A stretch of 53,168 nt of DNA from Geosiphon pyriformis uo1 (lineage: Eukaryota; Fungi; Glomeromycota): contig JAAOMT010000205.1 in NCBI GenBank assembly GCA_016748015.1, forward strand, positions 1 to 53,168. Direction: 5' to 3'. This document shows positions 44,641-53,168 of the stretch, piece by piece. Position 1 is the first letter of the stretch. Each line of letters opens with the position of its first letter. A program made the translations under genes and the position numbers. The notes under the pieces were generated by a model. It made no database searches. It was given only the letters and a program-made list of their open reading frames with translations, and was not told where the DNA came from.

Positions 44641-45196
44641 AAAATTTTTAAGAACTTAATTATAATATTATTTGAATGTTTTTTTTTTATATATTTAAAA
44701 CTTTTTTATAATTAAAACTAAATAATAATTATATAAACAACTTAAATTTAAATATTAATTTACAATATTTTTTTAAATATATTTTATAAATAATATTGTT
44801 TTAACAAAATTAGGCCAAATTATAATAACAATATTAAAAAACAATATATTAAAATTTCTTAATTATAAATAAAAATAATTGTTAACAAGTTTTTTGTTAA
44901 TTAATTAATATAAATAATTTAATAATATTAAAAAATTTTGGTTGTTTTAATATAATTAATAAAGCTATTATATTTTTTTTAAAATTAAAATTTAAATATT
45001 AATTTTAATATATTGTTATTTATTTTAATTAAGCTTTATATTATTATTTAATTTTAAATTATATATTTAAATTTAATATTATTAATATATACTTAAATAA
45101 TTAAACAGCTTTAGATTTTTACAAATATAAAATAAAAAAAATATTCTAATTTTTTAAAAAATATTAAATTAAATATAATTACATAATTAATAATAT
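44641..45196. other. Extremely AT-rich spacer between the two LINEs
   Basis: Almost only A/T; no ORF or recognisable motif. Confidence 0.8.
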
Positions 45197-45328
45197 TTTT
45201 TATTTATTTATTTAATAAATAAGGCCTAAATACTACCTAGTACAATACATCAAATTAAGTAATCTAAGCTAAACACAAATCATGCTTTTTCTACACACAA
45301 CTAGCCACTTAGGCCAATTAGAACAACA

Positions 45329-47390
45329 TTATAAATCTATTTTAATGGTAATCACACTATCTATATTAGAAAAAAATAATAGAATCTACAAAAACCAAAG
45401 CTAATATCATGTGCGTCCATAATCCTAAGCAACCTTATCACATCATCAGAAAACAGAGATAAAGAACTGTAAATTTTTAAAAACACAAACTCATTACTAG
45501 CAATTATATATCTTTCTTTATAATTACTCTATGTTTAGCTTTTATCAATCATATCTTAATCTAATAACTTATATTCAAACCTTATATCAGATTGACAACT
45601 TCTTTACAAGCCAACTTAGCACAACCAAAAACAGAAACAGTTTCTAAATACCAATCTTTAAACATAAAATCTTTACACAAGGCAGTATACATAGTATTAT
45701 TGGAAGAACACAGAAAAAAGAATTGCAAAATACATGATGATGGCAAATTTAGATCCAATCTGGAATTCTACCAAATCAAGTATAAATTAAGCAGTTCTTT
45801 TGTAAATGGCAAAATCTATTGAACAAATAAAGAAGTGATTAGAAAGTTTCACTTTTCCACAAAATAGACACAACATACTAAAGTATCTCTTATCATATAA
45901 ATGCTTCCTAATAGCAACAGACAATTGATAATGCAAAGCCTTTATAAAGTATAAGTACAAATTTATAATAGACTTATTTGTAAACTCAGACATCATATGC
46001 AAGTCAGGATACCAAACCAAAAATGCTCAAAACCAATCTATATTCCTAATTATATCTTTACTAATAATGTTAAAACTAGATCCAATCTCCTATTGAGCAT
46101 GCTAAACTGCCTTAAAAACATTACAAATAAAATGATAAATGTTTTCAGACACTAGTATTCTACCAGTCTTAATAAACTTCTTCTCAACAGGAACAGAAAA
46201 TCTTAAATTGGAATGTGAAGCCAAGTTGGCCAGTATGTTAGCTTAATTATTACTTAAGACACTCAAGTAACTCTTAACTTTAACTCAGAAGATATAGAGT
46301 CTTTTATGTCTAATAGAATTAGTAATATTATGTCTTTTAAGCCAACAGTGATTACAAAAGTCAGATATGGCTATAATTAATTCAGCAGCATATATATCTA
46401 AAGTCATCTAACTATCCAAGTATATTTCAACAGAGCTAAAAACTGGAATACACTTTAAGATCAAAGCTATTGTCTGCAATTTTGTTATTGTAAAAGAAAC
46501 CAAACCTTTAACTTTGGCACCAATATTAAGATCTAGGTCAAAAAAAATACAGTTACACCACACTTTATTTTGCATATACCCAAGTTTTTCAAAAACTCAT
46601 CTATATAAACATTAATAACATCCAAATTAGCATCAGAAAAAAAGCACTGCAGTACAGAAAAATTCACAGAACCAAAACCATCTGAAAATTATAAACTGCT
46701 ATCAGGAGATTGAACAACAAGATAAAAAAAAACTTGGCCAAGTAATTACAAGTTAACTTAAACCAAACAGAAACTAGGCTCTTAAGATCAAGCTGTTTTC
46801 AATAATAAAAACTTTTTCAATTAAATATGAACTTTTTTTTATTATATAATTGGTTAGCAAAAGCAATGTCAAACTTTTTAAGTAACTTAGAAACATTATA
46901 GAATATTGAGTCTTTCAAAATTGAAGACATAGAAATACCACCTGAAAATTGAAAGACAAAAAAAAAATTATTGTCAAGAAACATATCATAGTCTAAAAAT
47001 ATTTTAACTACATTAGCCAGAAAATTGTTAACTGGACTGATTCTTAGTCTGGCAAAAACTTGTAAAAAATACACAGAAGACCAACTTAAAACTTGTAAAT
47101 CCAAGAACTTATGAGTAAACAGATGACTAAAAACTTCAATGGTATTTGAAAAACACAATATAGAGATAGTCTTATTTTCTGTCTGTACTTGCTTAAAAGA
47201 CTTCAGACCATATAAAAATGAATAATGAAAAGTCTTATTGGAAAAATTTCTAGGCAAATCAGTCTTTATTCTCAAACTTTTTTTGACTATTATATCCTAT
47301 TTACTATATATGCTCTTAGAGACAAAATTAAACTGAATCTTATATTCAATAATAGAATGCAGTACTGCCAAGACCAAATAAAAAAACTGC
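45329..47390 (-). pseudogene. LINE-b ORF2 C-terminal part (RNase H and Cys/His knuckle)
   Basis: VYIDEFL (decayed YTDGS), KLQTIALIL, IYLDS, VKVKSY...NN*AN (about 46215-46625); CLFCGKVKLSNHFFIC near 45830-45880. Confidence 0.82.
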
Positions 47391-50344
47391 TATTATTAAA
47401 AGATTTTTATGTTTTTCAATGCAAAAATTACAACACATACAATGGAAATTAATATTAAAATCATGTAAAAAAGATCTATATTATCACATTTAATTAACAA
47501 AATCAGCCAGCAATCTGAAAATAAATGATCAGCAGTTAGTTTAATTACAACAAAAAAATATGACACAATCCAACAGTTTAACTAAGTTGAATACAAAAAA
47601 ATCTTGGCAAACTAAGAAACACCAATAGAAATGAATAATTAACACATGTAATCTAATAACAACAAGCTTTGTTATGTTCCAAAATTTTCATACACTCTTA
47701 TTAGAACAATTTAACATTTTGAATCTGCAATTAATATTTAAAAGTAGTTACCAAAAAATATAATCAATTGATTTACTTTTGATTATGTTGATTATAATTA
47801 CAATTGATATTATTAATTTACAATCAATGTTCTAGATCCAGCCATCTAAATCTAATCATCTAAATTACTAGCTTCTGAATAAACAACAGACTGAGTAAGC
47901 TCATTATAAATTAATTAATTTAATGTATATAAATAATTGATGTATTTTAAATAATCCTAATATAATATGTAGATCTGATATAATTTAGCTATATATATAG
48001 CCTCTTTGTCAGCTTAGAAAAGTATCAATTTAATATTAAGCCAACTCTTCACTATAGTTTTATAATAAGCAGTTAGTCTTTTTTTCTATATCTTATTTTT
48101 TTTTTTCTATGCTCTAAATACTTGTTATCACAATTTCAAGTATGTTTTCTCATATTTCATATTACTATTTAAAATTACATTGTTTCTAAGCTCTTATTTA
48201 CTTGTTATTATCATTTTAAGTTTTTTATTACTTTTGATCTTTCAAATTATGTGTTATCATTATTTCACATTAAGTCTTATTTTACCAAACAAATTGTTAA
48301 ATATAAAAATAAGTAATAAAATATTACATTGTTAAAGAGTAGTTTCAATAATAAAAAGCCTTATTGAAATTTATTTCAGTTATGTTTTACTTTTACAATT
48401 TCTTGATAAATTCCTATAACTTTGCTTTTAAAACTGAGTATTTCAACACCACACCCTTTTAACAACTAATTAAAAAAATTCTGGTTATATATTCATTAAA
48501 GTAGTTTGGTTGTACTTTTAATACATATAAAGAAATATGACTTCTTTTTTCTCTTTAAAATACCTAAGACTGGTTTTTATCCAAAAACAAATAATAATAA
48601 CAATACTTTTTTTCATTTTTAATAACTTTATCATGTATCTTTTTTTGCTTTTTCACTCACTAAAATAGTTTATATTCTCATAATATGCTATAGTTAATAG
48701 CATAATTATGATAATAAATATTCCAGGTAAAAATTATTGTTGTTATTAAGAAGTTATATAATCTATAGCTTTTACCTAGTAGTATATAATGTCTTTTGTT
48801 ATTAGTATAAAGACAACTATAAACATTTTAATGATTTTTAGATATTTCAGAGGACTTTGACTTTCCTTAAAAAAGAAAAAAAATTTAACAATTTGCAGAA
48901 GCTTATTTTTTAAAGATAGAAAAAATATTTACTAGAAGATTTTCATGTTTTTCAATGCAAAAATTACAACACATACAATGGAAATTAACATTAAAATCAT
49001 GTAAAAAATGCCTATATTATTACACTTAATCAACAAAATTAGTCAGCAATCTGAAAATAAATGATCAATAATCAGTTCAATTACAACAAAAATATATGAC
49101 ACAATTTAACAGTTTAACTAAGTTGAATACAAAGAAATCTTGACAAACTAAAAAACACCAATAGAAATAAATAATTAATGTATGTAATCTGATAACAATA
49201 GGCTTTATTATGCTCTAAAATTCTTATATGCTCTTATTAAAACAATCCAATATTCTGAATTTGCAATCAATAGTTAAAAGTAATTATTAAGAAATATAAT
49301 CAATTGATCTATTTCTGATTATGTTGATTATAATTATAATTGATATCATTGATTTACAATTAATGTTTTAGATCCAGTTATCTAAATCTGATTATCTAAA
49401 TTACTAGCTTCTGAATAAACAACAGACTAAACAAGTTCATCATGAATTGATTAATTTAATATATATAAATAATTAATATATTTTAAATAGTCCTAATATA
49501 GTATGTAGATCTGATATAATTTAACTATATATACAGCTTCTCTGTCAGCTCAGGAAAATATCAGTTCAATATTGAGCCAACTTTTTGCTATAGTTTTATA
49601 ATAAGCAGTTAGTTTTCTTTTTTATATCTCACTCTTTCTTTTCTTTTTTTTATGCTCTAAATACTTGTTATTATAATTTCAAGTATGTCTTCTCATATTT
49701 TTTATTACCATTGAAATTACATTGTTTTTAAGCTTTTATCTACTTGTTATCATTATTTTAAGTTTTTTATTACTTTCAATCTTTCAAATCATGTGTTATA
49801 ATCATTTCACATTAAGTCTTGTTTTACCAAACAAGTTGTTAAATATAAAAATAAGTAATAAAATATCATATTGTTAAAGAGTGATTTTAACAATAAAAAG
49901 TCTTATCAAAATTTATTTTAGTTATGTTTTATTTTTACAATTCCTTGATAAATTTTTATAATTTTACTTTCAAAACTGGGCATTTGAATACTACACTCTT
50001 TTAATAACTAATTGAAAAAATTCTGGTTATATATTTATTAGAGTAGTTTGGTTTCATTCTCATTATTGGTTGTACTTTTAATATATATAAAGAAATGTGA
50101 CTTCTTTTTTTCCTTTAAAATATCTAAGACTGATTTTTGCCCAAAAACAAATAATAATAACAATACTTTCTTTTGCTTTTAATAACTTTATCACATACTT
50201 TTTTTTGCTTTTCTACTTACTAAAATAGTCTATACATTCATAATATATTATAATTAATAGCATAATTATAGTAATAAGTGTTCTAGGTAAAAACTATTGT
50301 TGTTGTTAAGAAGTTATATAATCTATAGCTTTTATTTAATAATA
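47391..50344 (+). mobile_element. Element G: non-autonomous two-LTR element (LTRs 47391-48784 and about 48926-50344, 141 bp internal)
   Basis: Direct repeats of about 1.4 kb; termini TATTATTAAAAG / TTACTAGAAG and CTAGTAGTA / TTAATAATA fit decayed TGTTACTAG..CTAGTAACA; TSD CTGC (47387-47390, 50345-50348); PPT-like tract before the second repeat. Confidence 0.8.
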
Positions 50345-50348
50345 CTGC

Positions 50349-52880
50349 TTATCAAAAATAATTTTTTTTAAAACCATATTAGTAAAGAACTTAACATCTA
50401 AATGAGTTTTAATTAAACTAGGCTTAAACAAACTTTTAGAAAACAAAAAGATACCAAGATATCTATGAGACTTGTCTTTTTGTACAATTAAGATTGGTTA
50501 ATCACTAATTAACAATAAAATATTTTTGACCTTTTGGTTAATAGAAATGACTATTGTCTTTTTATTATTAATTGAAATATCATTAATACTAAAGAATTTA
50601 TTTACAATGTCCAGTATATATTAAGTTGCAGCCTGACTATTTTCCATTCAAATTGTGTTATCAACAAATACACCAGCAGCCAAAAATGAGGTCAATCTAT
50701 TTTGGGCCTCTATTCTGTCTGTTTTGGCAACAAACTTAGTGTCAATGTGATAACCACACAAGTCTTTATGTTTTTTAACCTCATATAACAAAAAATCATA
50801 AAAGATCTTCCAGAGCAAAGAAAAAAAAATCTTATCCTAATCTAAACTATCATAAACACAATAATTATTAGTAAGCCCAAAGTCTATTATAATCTAGTTT
50901 ACTCTATTATTGTAAATACTTCCAAAAAATTTAATGAAATGCTTGCACATTTTAATTTAATTCAAACTGTTCCTCAAGTAGTGCCAGTTTACAAAATTAT
51001 AGGCTTTTTTCATATCTTACAAAACCAGCCAAAGTTCACAACTTTTTTTCAAAACATTTTCAATTACTAAGTCTACCACAAAAATAGAAGACTAAGTAAA
51101 AGTACTCTTCAATACAAAAAAATTTTCTGAACAGTCTCAATCAAAGCAATTGGTCTGGTATTAATTAAAACTTGCTCCCATTTATAAGACTTAGAAATTA
51201 TTAATACCTAAGCTTTTTTCCAAGGACAAAGTACTGATTTACACACTAAACATAAATTTAAAAGATCCAAGAACATCATAAGAACAGAATTATTACATTA
51301 TTTTTGGAGTTTATTGACAATACCAAACAAATTAGCAGTTTTATCATCAAGTAATTCCTTGATTACTTATAGCAATTCATCAAAAATAGTGTTTATAACA
51401 TTAAAGAAAGCAGTATTATTAACATAAGACAGTAGCAAATACTAACTACTCTATTAATCAGAAATTCTATTCATAACTAGTTATTTTCTTGTCCAATTCT
51501 TTATTATTGTATTAATCTTAATTTTAACTTTATTAGAATTCAGAACCAGTTCATTATTTATCACCAAATAATCCAAGACCATTTTTCAAAAAGGGCATTC
51601 TAATACATTTCTGATTGTGTAACTTTTATTAATAGTGAAACTTTTTATATGCTTGTTAATAGCCAATCTGATTTTTGATTCTTTAGCTTTCAGAAATTTA
51701 ACAAGTTTAGAGACTCAGTATAATTTTCTTGCACCAGAAAGAGCAGACTTAATACAATTAAAGTTAGTATCAAAATTCAGCAAAACTCCAATTTTGGAGG
51801 TTTTTTCACCATCCATAGATGTCCAACAGCACATTAATGATGCAAACTCAATATTGAGCTCCATATAAAAAAACTTGAGAATCTTAGTAACCAAAACTTC
51901 CAGTTTGTAATATTTTAATAATTTCTTAGTAAAAACATTATTAAAGTTTTTGAATCACTTTTTTTTAAACACTCCATTAGCTGACAGACACATAACTTTG
52001 CAAACAACATCCCACATAGCATCCAGATTCAAGAATCTCTTATGTGTAACAAATGCATCTGAAACTATAGCTATATTGGTCATCATAGCTTTCTCGAATT
52101 TGGTCTATTTGGCATTATTAGTATTTTTAAAATCAAACTTCTAATGGTCTCTATTTGCTTGTTTATAAAGGAAATTTAAATATACATTTAAAAGTTCACA
52201 AACTTACTAATATGAACACTACTTGGTAATTGGTATTAAAATAGTCACTAATATTCAGAATATTACAACTTATCACAGAATTAATTAGATTTGAAGAAAC
52301 AAATATGTAATCAATTGTTTTTTTAATGATTCTTGAATTTTTTCAAGTTGGATTGCTTGTAATCAAACTTCTTAACAGAGAATTAATCAGCCCCAAATCA
52401 AGATACTTTTTAACACATTTATAAGAACTATTCTTATTGAAGTTACCACTCATAATCACAAAAAAAGATTTGTTTACAGTCTTTATAATCATTAAATTTA
52501 TCTAATTGGGTTAAGCAAAGTATGTTGTTAGAACAGTACCAACATACAATTCTAAGATTGAAACAGAAAACTTATTTTTGAAGAGAAGCTTAATAGACAA
52601 CAGCTGACCAGCAATCTCAGAAATTTTGTATACATGTTATGTCAATACAATATTCATTACAATAGTAATACCAAAATCTAAGTAACAAGAATCCAAACCA
52701 GAGATAAATACATGAACTTCATCAAATTTTTTAATGATCCACAAACAAACTTTTTTTTTTAGCTTCATTTTAGTAACAATAAAAACCAAATTGTTTATTT
52801 CTTTATGCCAATAAATAATATCTTCTTGCTTAGCAGAATTGTTCATGCCTTTAATATTACATGTGACAATTTTTCAAATC
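50349..52880 (-). pseudogene. LINE-b ORF2 N-terminal part (AP endonuclease and reverse transcriptase)
   Basis: APE: IVTCNIKGMN, IMSGNFN, TIDYIFVS; RT: TRPIALIET, DMKKAYNFV, AGVFVDNT, HRYLGIF. Confidence 0.88.
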
Positions 52881-53168
52881 AAAATAGTCATTAATAAGAA
52901 AAGGCATTAGGTTTTAATTCAAATTTGTCTATTTTGGTCATTAAGTCATTTATCAAATCAGACAGATTTTTCAAAGTCACTTCTAACTTAACAATATTTG
53001 AAAAAGGTGGAGAAATTTTACAAGTTGTAGTCTTTCTATTAACAATTACACCTGAACTTTTACTCATTGCTATATCTGCTCCTTAATTTTGTAATAAAAA
53101 GGTTACTAATGACTAATATTCAAGACAAGACTGGAGAACTATCAGCCCAAATATGTCCAATCTCTTTG

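Larger units (their letters stand above)
45197..53168 (-). mobile_element. LINE-b non-LTR retrotransposon (ORF1 end, APE-RT-RNase H-CCHC ORF2, A-rich tail), split by G; runs off the right edge
   Basis: Minus-strand (TAAA)n/A tail near 45197-45220; ORF2 joins in frame across G (DKQ-FFYLVLAVL); heavily decayed; clade not assigned. Confidence 0.9.

Noticed and set aside
47391-50344. G as a CACTA DNA transposon or a plain tandem duplication
   Set aside because: Decayed ends could be read as CACTA, but the TSD is 4 bp rather than 2-3, the structure is two long direct repeats, and the spacer carries the LTR-family pre-PPT motif.

Overview
AT-rich eukaryotic (fungal) repeat block with no host genes. 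The peptides resemble Glomeromycotina, probably Geosiphon-type, transposon proteins; that is recognition from memory, not a search. Almost every base resolves into a nested stack of retroelements, and the junctions were checked by TG..CA termini, 4-bp target-site duplications (TSDs) and in-frame restoration of the interrupted ORF. A minus-strand LINE (LINE-a; ORF1 at 43738-44564 continuing at 1664-2365) is split by Ty3/Gypsy-like element A (2366-43733). A contains element B (4325-34600) and solo LTR E (37497-38367). B contains C (7618-17870) and inverted D (22196-32178). A young, undecayed element F enters from the left edge (1-1663, two N gaps). A second LINE (LINE-b, 45197 to beyond 53168, APE-RT-RNase H-CCHC) is split by G (47391-50344), a two-LTR element with only about 141 bp of internal sequence. 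A-D are each about 10 kb once inserts are removed and are decayed by C>T/G>A changes. They share an unusual three-ORF plan. ORF1 is Gag-PR-(three putative Zn fingers)-dUTPase-(degenerate dUTPase-like)-RT-RNase H and ends in a conserved TAA. ORF2 is a stand-alone integrase with its own start codon. ORF3 is a soluble-looking 209-256 aa unknown protein ending at the PPT, and its type tracks with the family-specific palindromic U3 array. The LTR/leader carries conserved RNA structures with compensatory changes, and the PBS is flanked on both sides by anti-PBS sequences. All seven insertion sites read NTG(G/C) on one strand. Functions proposed for these features are inference; no searches or folding programs could be run.
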